DNA from: Eledone cirrhosa
Lineage: Eukaryota
Direction of reading: 5' to 3'
NCBI GenBank assembly: GCA_964016885.1
Contig: OZ024749.1
Span: 17,980,001 to 18,044,000, forward strand
Length of the DNA stretch: 64,000 bases
The notes beneath the pieces were generated by a model that saw only the letters and a program-made list of their open reading frames with translations, searched no databases and had not been told where the DNA came from. Of the stretch, positions 25,654-38,147 are shown one piece after another. Both the position numbers and the translations under genes were made by a program. Numbering within the stretch: position 1 is the first letter of the stretch; every line of letters begins with the position of its first letter.

Positions 25654-28600
25654 TATTTTTCGAAAAACCTAAAATAATCTATTTTTTCGACATATTTCAA
25701 AAATTGATTTTTTTGAAATATTTACTTCTAATTTCAAAAACCTAAAATAATGTATTTTTTTTATACTTTTCGAAATATTTCAAAAATTGATTTTTTTGAA
25801 ATATTTACTTCTGATTTCAAAAACCTAAAATAATCTATTTTCGAAAAACCTAAAATAATATATTTTTTTATACTTTTCAAAATATTTCAAAAATTGATTT
25901 TTTTGAAATATTTACTTCTGATTTTAAAAACCTAAAATAATCTATTTTTTTATACTTTTCGAAATATTTCAAAAATTGATTTTTTTTCAAATATTTACTT
26001 CTGATTCCAAAAATCTAAAATAATCTATTTTTCGAAAAACCTAAAATAATCTATTTTTCGAAAAACCTAAAATAATCTATTTTTTTTATACTTTTCGAAA
26101 TATTTCAAAAATTGATTTTTTTTGAAATATTTACTTCTAATTTCGAAAACGTAAAATAATCTATTTTTCGAAAAACCTAAAATAATCTATTTTCTTATAC
26201 TTTTCGAAATATTTCAAAAATTGATTTTTTTGAAATATTTACTTCTGATTTCAAAAACCTAAAATAATCTATTTTTCGAAAAACCTAAAATAATCTATTT
26301 TTCGAAAAACCTAAAATAATATATTTTTTTATACTTTTCAAAATATTTCAAAAATTGATTTTTTTGAAATATTTACTTCTGATTTCAAAAACCTAAAATA
26401 ATCTATTTTTCGAAAAACCTAAAATAATCTATTTTTCGAAAAACCTAAAATAATCTATTTTTTTATACTTTTCGAAATATTTCAAAAATTGATTTTTTTG
26501 AAATATTTACTTCTGATTCCAAAAATCTAAAATAATCTATTTTTCGAAAAACCTTAATTAATCTATTTTTTTATACTTTTCGAAATATTTCAAAAATTGA
26601 TTTTTTTTGAAATATTTACTTCTGATTTCAAAAACCTAAAATAATCTATTTTTCGAAAAACCCAAAATAATCTATTTTTTTATACTTTTCGAAATATTTC
26701 AAAAATTGATTTTTTTGAAATATTTACTTCTGATTTAAAAAACCTAAAATAATCTATTTTTTTATACTTTTCGAAATATTTCAAAAATTGATTTTTTTTT
26801 TAAATATTTACTTCTGATTTCAAAAACCTAAAATAATCTATTTTTCGAAAAACCTAAAATAATATATTTTTTTATACTTTTCAAAATATTTCAAAAATTG
26901 ATTTTTTTGAAATATTTACTTCTGATTTTAAAAACCTAAAATAATCTATTTTTTTATACTTTTCGAAATATTTCAAAAATTGATTTTTTTTCAAATATTT
27001 ACTTCTGATTCCAAAAATCTAAAATAATCTATTTTTCGAAAAACCTAAAATAATCTATTTTTCGAAAAACCTAAAATAATCTATTTTTTTTATACTTTTC
27101 GAAATATTTCAAAAATTGATTTTTTTTGAAATATTTACTTCTAATTTCGAAAACGTAAAATAATCTATTTTTCGAAAAACCTAAAATAATCTATTTTCTT
27201 ATACTTTTCGAAATATTTCAAAAATTGATTTTTTTGAAATATTTACTTCTGATTTCAAAAACCTAAAATAATCTATTTTTCGAAAAACCTAAAATAATCT
27301 ATTTTTCGAAAAACCTAAAATAATATATTTTTTTATACTTTTCAAAATATTTCAAAAATTGATTTTTTTGAAATATTTACTTCTGATTTCAAAAACCTAA
27401 AATAATCTATTTTTCGAAAAACCTAAAATAATCTATTTTTCGAAAAACCTAAAATAATCTATTTTTTTATACTTTTCGAAATATTTCAAAAATTGATTTT
27501 TTTGAAATATTTACTTCTGATTCCAAAAATCTAAAATAATCTATTTTTCGAAAAACCTTAATTAATCTATTTTTTTATACTTTTCGAAATATTTCAAAAA
27601 TTGATTTTTTTTGAAATATTTACTTCTGATTTCAAAAACCTAAAATAATCTATTTTTTTATACTTTTCGAAATATTTCAAAAATTGATTTTTTTTTTAAA
27701 TATTTACTTCTGATTCCAAAAATCTAAAATAATCTATTTTTCGAAAAACCTAAAATAATCTATTTTTCGAAAAACCTTAATTAATATATTTTTTTATACT
27801 TTTCGAAATATTTCAAAAATTGATTTTTTTGAAATATTTACTTCTGATTTCAAAAACCTAAAATAATCTATTTTTTTTATACTTTTCGAAATATTTCAAA
27901 AATTGATTTTTTTGAAATATTTACTTCTGATTTCAAAAACCTGAAATAATCTATTTTTCGAAAAACCTAAAATAATCTATTTTTTTATACTTTTCGCAAT
28001 ATTTCAAAAATTGATTTTTTTTGAAATATTTACTTCTGATTTCAAAAACCTAAAATAATCTATTTTTCGAAAAACCTAAAATAATCTATTTTTCGAAAAA
28101 CCTTAATTAATCTATTTTTTTATACTTTTCGAAATATTTCAAAAATTGATTTTTTTTGAAATATTTACTTCTGATTTCAAAAACCTAAAATAATCTATTT
28201 TTTTATACTTTTCGAAATATTTCAAAAATTGATTTTTTTTTAAATATTTACTTCTGATTCCAAAAATCTAAAATAATCTATTTTTCGAAAAACCTAAAAT
28301 AATCTATTTTTCGAAAAACCTAAAATAATATATTTTTTTATACTTTTCAAAATATTTCAAAAATTGATTTTTTTGAAATATTTACTTCTGATTTCAAAAA
28401 CCTTAAATAATCTATTTTTCGAAAAACCTAAAATAATATATTTTTCGAAAAACCTAAAATAATCTATTTTTTCGACATATTTCAAAAATTGATTTTTTTG
28501 AAATATTTACTTCTAATTTCAAAAACCTAAAATAATGTATTTTTTTTATACTTTTCGAAATATTTCAAAAATTGATTTTTTTGAAATATTTACTTCTGAT

Positions 28601-31257
28601 TTCAAAAACCTAAAATAATCTATTTTCGAAAAACCTAAAATAATATATTTTTTTATACTTTTCAAAATATTTCAAAAATTGATTTTTTTGAAATATTTAC
28701 TTCTGATTTTAAAAACCTAAAATAATCTATTTTTTTATACTTTTCGAAATATTTCAAAAATTGATTTTTTTTCAAATATTTACTTCTGATTCCAAAAATC
28801 TAAAATAATCTATTTTTCGAAAAACCTAAAATAATCTATTTTTCGAAAAACCTAAAATAATCTATTTTTTTTATACTTTTCGAAATATTTCAAAAATTGA
28901 TTTTTTTTGAAATATTTACTTCTAATTTCGAAAACGTAAAATAATCTATTTTTCGAAAAACCTAAAATAATCTATTTTCTTATACTTTTCGAAATATTTC
29001 AAAAATTGATTTTTTTGAAATATTTACTTCTGATTTCAAAAACCTAAAATAATCTATTTTTCGAAAAACCTAAAATAATCTATTTTTCGAAAAACCTAAA
29101 ATAATATATTTTTTTATACTTTTCAAAATATTTCAAAAATTGATTTTTTTGAAATATTTACTTCTGATTTCAAAAACCTAAAATAATCTATTTTTCGAAA
29201 AACCTAAAATAATCTATTTTTCGAAAAACCTAAAATAATCTATTTTTTTATACTTTTCGAAATATTTCAAAAATTGATTTTTTTGAAATATTTACTTCTG
29301 ATTCCAAAAATCTAAAATAATCTATTTTTCGAAAAACCTTAATTAATCTATTTTTTTATACTTTTCGAAATATTTCAAAAATTGATTTTTTTTGAAATAT
29401 TTACTTCTGATTTCAAAAACCTAAAATAATCTATTTTTCGAAAAACCCAAAATAATCTATTTTTTTATACTTTTCGAAATATTTCAAAAATTGATTTTTT
29501 TGAAATATTTACTTCTGATTTAAAAAACCTAAAATAATCTATTTTTTTATACTTTTCGAAATATTTCAAAAATTGATTTTTTTTTTAAATATTTACTTCT
29601 GATTTCAAAAACCTAAAATAATCTATTTTTCGAAAAACCTAAAATAATATATTTTTTTATACTTTTCAAAATATTTCAAAAATTGATTTTTTTGAAATAT
29701 TTACTTCTGATTTTAAAAACCTAAAATAATCTATTTTTTTATACTTTTCGAAATATTTCAAAAATTGATTTTTTTTCAAATATTTACTTCTGATTCCAAA
29801 AATCTAAAATAATCTATTTTTCGAAAAACCTAAAATAATCTATTTTTCGAAAAACCTAAAATAATCTATTTTTTTTATACTTTTCGAAATATTTCAAAAA
29901 TTGATTTTTTTTGAAATATTTACTTCTAATTTCGAAAACGTAAAATAATCTATTTTTCGAAAAACCTAAAATAATCTATTTTCTTATACTTTTCGAAATA
30001 TTTCAAAAATTGATTTTTTTGAAATATTTACTTCTGATTTCAAAAACCTAAAATAATCTATTTTTCGAAAAACCTAAAATAATCTATTTTTCGAAAAACC
30101 TAAAATAATATATTTTTTTATACTTTTCAAAATATTTCAAAAATTGATTTTTTTGAAATATTTACTTCTGATTTCAAAAACCTAAAATAATCTATTTTTC
30201 GAAAAACCTAAAATAATCTATTTTTCGAAAAACCTAAAATAATCTATTTTTTTATACTTTTCGAAATATTTCAAAAATTGATTTTTTTGAAATATTTACT
30301 TCTGATTCCAAAAATCTAAAATAATCTATTTTTCGAAAAACCTTAATTAATCTATTTTTTTATACTTTTCGAAATATTTCAAAAATTGATTTTTTTTGAA
30401 ATATTTACTTCTGATTTCAAAAACCTAAAATAATCTATTTTTTTATACTTTTCGAAATATTTCAAAAATTGATTTTTTTTTTAAATATTTACTTCTGATT
30501 CCAAAAATCTAAAATAATCTATTTTTCGAAAAACCTAAAATAATCTATTTTTCGAAAAACCTTAATTAATATATTTTTTTATACTTTTCGAAATATTTCA
30601 AAAATTGATTTTTTTGAAATATTTACTTCTGATTTCAAAAACCTAAAATAATCTATTTTTTTTATACTTTTCGAAATATTTCAAAAATTGATTTTTTTGA
30701 AATATTTACTTCTGATTTCAAAAACCTGAAATAATCTATTTTTCGAAAAACCTAAAATAATCTATTTTTTTATACTTTTCGCAATATTTCAAAAATTGAT
30801 TTTTTTTGAAATATTTACTTCTGATTTCAAAAACCTAAAATAATCTATTTTTCGAAAAACCTAAAATAATCTATTTTTCGAAAAACCTTAATTAATCTAT
30901 TTTTTTATACTTTTCGAAATATTTCAAAAATTGATTTTTTTTGAAATATTTACTTCTGATTTCAAAAACCTAAAATAATCTATTTTTTTATACTTTTCGA
31001 AATATTTCAAAAATTGATTTTTTTTTAAATATTTACTTCTGATTCCAAAAATCTAAAATAATCTATTTTTCGAAAAACCTAAAATAATCTATTTTTCGAA
31101 AAACCTAAAATAATATATTTTTTTATACTTTTCAAAATATTTCAAAAATTGATTTTTTTGAAATATTTACTTCTGATTTCAAAAACCTTAAATAATCTAT
31201 TTTTCGAAAAACCTAAAATAATATATTTTTCGAAAAACCTAAAATAATCTATTTTTT
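25654..31257. repeat. Tandem duplication with a 2,785-bp period (~2 copies)
   Basis: Private T4 variant TATTTTCGAAAAACC at 25836/28621; CCTTAAATAA at 28401/31186; chimeric junction monomer at ~28,440-28,480; copies diverge at 28473/31258. Confidence 0.88.
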
Positions 31258-34200
31258 AATACTTTTCGAAATATTTCAAAAATTGATTTTTTTGAAATAT
31301 TTACTTCTGATTTCGAAAACGTAAAATAATCTATTTTTCGAAAAACCTAAAATAATCTATTTTTTTATACTTTTCGAAATATTTCAAAAATTGATTTTTT
31401 TGAAATATTTACTTCTGATTTCAAAAACCTAAAATAATCTATTTTTTTATACTTTTCGAAATATTTCTAAAATTGATTTTTTTGAAATATTTACTTCTGA
31501 TTTCAAAAACCTAAAATAATCTATTTTTCGAAAAACCTAAAATAATATATTTTTTTATACTTTTCAAAATATTTCAAAAATTGATTTTTTTGAAATATTT
31601 ACTTCTGATTTTAAAAACCTAAAATAATCTATTTTTTTATACTTTTCGAAATATTTCAAAAATTGATTTTTTTTCAAATATTTACTTCTGATTCCAAAAA
31701 TCTAAAATAATCTATTTTTCGAAAAACCTAAAATAATCTATTTTTCGAAAGACCTAAAATAATCTATTTTTTTTATACTTTTCGAAATATTTCAAAAATT
31801 GATTTTTTTTGAAATATTTACTTCTGATTTCGAAAACGTAAAATAATCTATTTTTCGAAAAACCTAAAATAATCTATTTTTTTGTACTTTTCGAAATATT
31901 TCAAAAATTGATTTTTTTTGAAATATTTACTTCTGATTTCAAAAACCTAAAATAATCTATTTTTCGAAAAACCTAAAATAATCTATTTTTCGAAAAACCT
32001 TAATTAATCTATTTTTTTATACTTTTCGAAATATTTCAAAAATTGATTTTTTTGAAATATTTACTTCTGATTTCAAAAGCCTAAAATAATCTATTTTTCG
32101 AAAAACCCAAAATAATCTATTTTTTTATACTTTTCGAAATATTTCAAAAATTGATTTTTTTTGAAATATTTACTTCTGATTTCAAAAACCTAAAATAATC
32201 TATTTTTTTATACTTTTCGAAATATTTCAAAAATTGATTTTTTTTTAAATATTTACTTCTGATTCCAAAAATCTAAAATAATCTATTTTTCGAAAAACCT
32301 AAAGTAATCTATTTTTTTATACTTTTCGAAATATTTCAAAAATTGATTTTTTTGAAATATTTACTTCTGATTTCAAAAACCTAAAATAATCTATTTTTTT
32401 ATGCTTTTCGAAATATTTCAAAAATTGATTTTTTTGAAATATTTACTTCTGATTTCAAAAACCTAAAATAATCTATTTATTTATACTTTTCGAAATATTT
32501 CAAAGATTGATTTTTTTTGAAATATTTACTTCTGATTCCAAAAATCTATTTCTTCGAAAAACCTAAAATAATCTATTTTTTCGACATATTTCAAAAATTG
32601 ATTTTTTTGAAATATTTACTTCTAATTTCAAAAACCTAAAATAATGTATTTTTTTTATACTTTTCGAAATATTTCAAAAATTGATTTTTTTGAAATATTT
32701 ACTTCTGATTTCAAAAACCTAAAATAATCTATTTTTCGAAAAACCTAAAATAATATATTTTTTTATACTTTTCAAAATATTTCAAAAATTGATTTTTTTG
32801 AAATATTTACTTCTGATTTTAAAAACCTAAAATAATCTATTTTTTTATACTTTTCGAAATATTTCAAAAATTGATTTTTTTTCAAATATTTACTTCTGAT
32901 TCCAAAAATCTAAAATAATCTATTTTTCGAAAAACCTAAAATAATCTATTTTTTTTATACTTTTCGAAATATTTCAAAAATTGATTTTTTTTGAAATATT
33001 TACTTCTAATTTCGAAAACGTAAAATAATCTATTTTTCGAAAAACCTAAAATAATCTATTTTCTTATACTTTTCGAAATATTTCAAAAATTGATTTTTTT
33101 GAAATATTTACTTCTGATTTCAAAAACCTAAAATAATCTATTTTTCGAAAAACCTAAAATAATCTATTTTTCGAAAAACCTAAAATAATCTATTTTTTTA
33201 TACTTTTCGAAATATTTCAAAAATTGATTTTTTTGAAATATTTACTTCTGATTCCAAAAATCTAAAATAATCTATTTTTCGAAAAACCTTAATTAACCTA
33301 TTTTTTTATACTTTTCGAAATATTTCAAAAATTGATTTTTTTTGAAATATTTACTTCTGATTTCAAAAACCTAAAATAATCTATTTTTCGAAAAACCCAA
33401 AATAATCTATTTTTTTATACTTTTCGAAATATTTCAAAAATTGATTTTTTTGAAATATTTACTTCTGATTTAAAAAACCTAAAATAATCTATTTTTTTAT
33501 ACTTTTCGAAATATTTCAAAAATTGATTTTTTTTTTAAATATTTACTTCTGATTCCAAAAATCTAAAATAATCTATTTTTCGAAAAACCTAAAATAATCT
33601 ATTTTTCGAAAAACCTTAATTAATATATTTTTTTATACTTTTCGAAATATTTCAAAAATTGATTTTTTTGAAATATTTACTTCTGATTTCAAAAACCTAA
33701 AATAATCTATTTTTTTTATACTTTTCGAAATATTTCAAAAATTGATTTTTTTGAAATATTTACTTCTGATTTCAAAAACCTGAAATAATCTATTTTTCGA
33801 AAAACCTAAAATAATCTATTTTTTTATACTTTTCGAAATATTTCAAAAATTGATTTTTTTGAAATATTTACTTCTGATTTCAAAAACCTAAAATAATCTA
33901 TTTTTTTTATACTTTTCGAAATATTTCAAAAATTGATTTTTTTGAAATATTTACTTCTGATTTCAAAAACCTGAAATAATCTATTTTTCGAAAAACCTAA
34001 AATAATCTATTTTTTTATACTTTTCGCAATATTTCAAAAATTGATTTTTTTTGAAATATTTACTTCTGATTTCAAAAACCTAAAATAATCTATTTTTCGA
34101 AAAACCTAAAATAATCTATTTTTCGAAAAACCTTAATTAATCTATTTTTTTATACTTTTCGAAATATTTCAAAAATTGATTTTTTTTGAAATATTTACTT

Positions 34201-37200
34201 CTGATTTCAAAAACCTAAAATAATCTATTTTTCGAAAAACCCAAAATAATCTATTTTTTTATACTTTTCGAAATATTTCAAAAATTGATTTTTTTTGAAA
34301 TATTTACTTCTGATTTCAAAAACCTAAAATAATCTATTTTTTTATACTTTTCGAAATATTTCAAAAATTGATTTTTTTTTAAATATTTACTTCTGATTCC
34401 AAAAATCTAAAATAATCTATTTTTCGAAAAACCTAAAATAATCTATTTTTCGAAAAACCTAAAATAATATATTTTTTTATACTTTTCAAAATATTTCAAA
34501 AATTGATTTTTTTGAAATATTTACTTCTGATTTCAAAAACCTAAAATAATCTATTTTTCGAAAAACCTAAAATAATATATTTTTCGAAAAACCTAAAATA
34601 ATCTATTTTTTAATACTTTTCGAAATATTTCAAAAATTGATTTTTTTGAAATATTTACTTCTGATTTCGAAAACGTAAAATAATCTATTTTTCGAAAAAC
34701 CTAAAATAATCTATTTTTTTATACTTTTCGAAATATTTCAAAAATTGATTTTTTTGAAATATTTACTTCTGATTTCAAAAACCTAAAATAATCTATTTTT
34801 TTATACTTTTCGAAATATTTCTAAAATTGATTTTTTTGAAATATTTACTTCTAATTTCAAAAACCTAAAATAATCTATTTTTCGAAAAACCTAAAATAAT
34901 ATATTTTTTTATACTTTTCAAAATATTTCAAAAATTGATTTTTTTGAAATATTTACTTCTGATTTTAAAAACCTAAAATAATCTATTTTTTTATACTTTT
35001 CGAAATATTTCAAAAATTGATTTTTTTTCAAATATTTACTTCTGATTCCAAAAATCTAAAATAATCTATTTTTCGAAAAACCTAAAATAATCTATTTTTC
35101 GAAAAACCTAAAATAATCTATTTTTTTTATACTTTTCGAAATATTTCAAAAATTGATTTTTTTTGAAATATTTACTTCTGATTTCGAAAACGTAAAATAA
35201 TCTATTTTTCGAAAAACCTAAAATAATCTATTTTTTTGTACTTTTCGAAATATTTCAAAAATTGATTTTTTTTGAAATATTTAATTCTGATTTCAAAAAC
35301 CTAAAATAATCTATTTTTCGAAAAACCTAAAATAATCTATTTTTCGAAAAACCTAAAATAATCTATTTTTTTGTACTTTTCGAAATATTTCAAAAATTGA
35401 TTTTTTTTGAAATATTTACTTCTGATTTCAAAAACCTAAAATAATCTATTTTTCGAAAAACCTAAAATAATCTATTTTTCGAAAAACCTTAATTAATCTA
35501 TTTTTTTATACTTTTCGAAATATTTCAAAAATTGATTTTTTTGAAATATTTACTTCTGATTTCAAAAACCTAAATTAATCTATTTTTCGAAAAACCTAAA
35601 ATAATCTAATTTTTTGTACTTTTCGAAATATTTCAAAAATTGATTTTTTTTGAAATATTTACTTCTGATTTCAAAAACCTAAAATAATCTATTTTTCGAA
35701 AAACCTAAAATAATCTATTTTTCGAAAGACCTAAAATAATCTATTTTTTTATACTTTTCAAAATATTTCAAAAATTGATTTTTTTGAAATATTTACTTCT
35801 GATTTCAAAAACCTAAAATAATCTATTTTTTTTATACTTTTCGAAATATTTCAAAAATTGATTTTTTTGAAATATTTACTTCTGATTTCAAAAACCTGAA
35901 ATAATCTATTTTTCGAAAAACCTAAAATAATCTATTTTTTTATACTTTTCGCAATATTTCAAAAATTGATTTTTTTTGAAATATTTACTTCTGATTTCAA
36001 AAACCTAAAATAATCTATTTTTCGAAAGACCTAAAATAATCTATTTTTTTATACTTTTCGCAATATTTCAAAAATTGATTTTTTTTGAAATATTTACTTC
36101 TGATTTCAAAAACCTCAAAATAATCTATTTTTTTATACTTTTCGAAATATTTCAAAAATTGATTTTTTTTGAAATATTTACTTCTAATTTCAAAAACCTC
36201 AAAATAATCTATTTTTTTATACTTTTCGAAATATTTCAAAAATTGATTTTTTTGAAATATTTACTTCTGATTTCAAAAGCCTAAAATAATCTATTTTTCG
36301 AAAAACCCAAAATAATCTATTTTTTTATACTTTTCGAAATATTTCAAAAATTGATTTTTTTTGAAATATTTACTTCTGATTTCAAAAACCTAAAATAATC
36401 TATTTTTTTATACTTTTCGAAATATTTCAAAAATTGATTTTTTTTTAAATATTTACTTCTGATTCCAAAAATCTAAAATAATCTATTTTTCGAAAAACCT
36501 AAAGTAATCTATTTTTTTATACTTTTCGAAATATTTCAAAAATTGATTTTTTTGAAATATTTACTTCTGATTTCAAAAACCTAAAATAATCTATTTTTTT
36601 ATGCTTTTCGAAATATTTCAAAAATTGATTTTTTTTGTAATATTTACTTCTGATTTCAAAAACCTAAAATAGTCTATTTTTCGAAAAACCTAAAATAATC
36701 TATTTTTTTTATACTTTTCGAAATATTTCAAAAATTGATTTTTTTGAAATATTTACTTCTGATTTCAAAAACCTAAAATAATCTATTTATTTATACTTTT
36801 CGAAATATTTCAAAAATTGATTTTTTTTGAAATATTTACTTCTGATTCCAAAAATCTATTTTTTGAAAAACCTAAAATAATCTATTTTTTCGACATATTT
36901 CAAAAATTGATTTTTTTGAAATATTTACTTCTAATTTCAAAAACCTAAAATGTATTTTTTTTATACTTTTCGAAATATTTCAAAAATTGATTTTTTTGAA
37001 ATATTTACTTCTGATTTCAAAAACCTAAAATAATCTATTTTTCGAAAAACCTAAAATAATATATTTTTCGAAAAACCTAAAATAATATATTTTTTTATAC
37101 TTTTCAAAATATTTCAAAAATTGATTTTTTTGAAATATTTACTTCTGATTTCAAAAACCTAAAATAATCTATTTTTCGAAAACCCTAAAATAATATATTT

Positions 37201-38147
37201 TTCGAAAAACCTAAAATAATCTATTTTTTAATACTTTTCGAAATATTTCAAAAATTGATTTTTTTGAAATATTTACTTCTGATTTCAAAAGCCTAAAATA
37301 ATCTATTTTTCGAAAAACCTAAAATAATCTATTTTTCGAAAAACCTTAATTAATCTATTTTTTTATACTTTTCGAAATATTTCAAAAATTGATTTTTTTG
37401 AAATATTTACTTCTGATTTCAAAAACCTAAAATAATCTATTTTTTTATACTTTTCGAAATATTTCAAAAATTGATTTTTTTTTAAATATTTACTTCTGAT
37501 TCCAAAAATCTAAAATAATCTATTTTTCGAAAAACCTAAAGTAATCTATTTTTTTATACTTTTCGAAATATTTCAAAAATTGATTTTTTTGAAATATTTA
37601 CTTCTGATTTCAAAAACCTAAAATAATCTATTTTTTTATGCTTTTCGAAATATTTCAAAAATTGATTTTTTTGAAATATTTACTTCTGATTTCAAAAACC
37701 TAAAATAATCTATTTATTTATACTTTTCGAAATATTTCAAAGATTGATTTTTTTTGAAATATTTACTTCTGATTCCAAAAATCTATTTCTTCGAAAAACC
37801 TAAAATAATCTATTTTTTCGACATATTTCAAAAATTGATTTTTTTGAAATATTTACTTCTAATTTCAAAAACCTAAAATAATGTATTTTTTTTATACTTT
37901 TCGAAATATTTCAAAAATTGATTTTTTTGAAATATTTACTTCTGATTTCAAAAACCTAAAATAATCTATTTTTCGAAAAACCTAAAATAATATATTTTTT
38001 TATACTTTTCAAAATATTTCAAAAATTGATTTTTTTGAAATATTTACTTCTGATTTTAAAAACCTAAAATAATCTATTTTTTTATACTTTTCGAAATATT
38101 TCAAAAATTGATTTTTTTTCAAATATTTACTTCTGATTCCAAAAATC

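Larger units (their letters stand above)
1..38147. repeat. 38,147-bp super higher-order repeat, copy 1 (phase arbitrarily set at the window start)
   Basis: Rare markers recur at +38,147: AATTAACCTA 381/38528 and 16849/54996; ATGTATTTTTCG 2751/40898; TACTCTA 13664/51811; AAGATTG 16061/54208; TACTTTTTGAAA (TG at 19291/57438). Position 1 corresponds to 38148. Confidence 0.93.

Noticed and set aside
36015-36284. Overlapping 74-aa (-) and 69-aa (+) ORFs
   Set aside because: Same 84-bp monomer artefact, open on both strands, with non-ATG starts and low-complexity F/I/K/Y composition dictated by AT-rich DNA.
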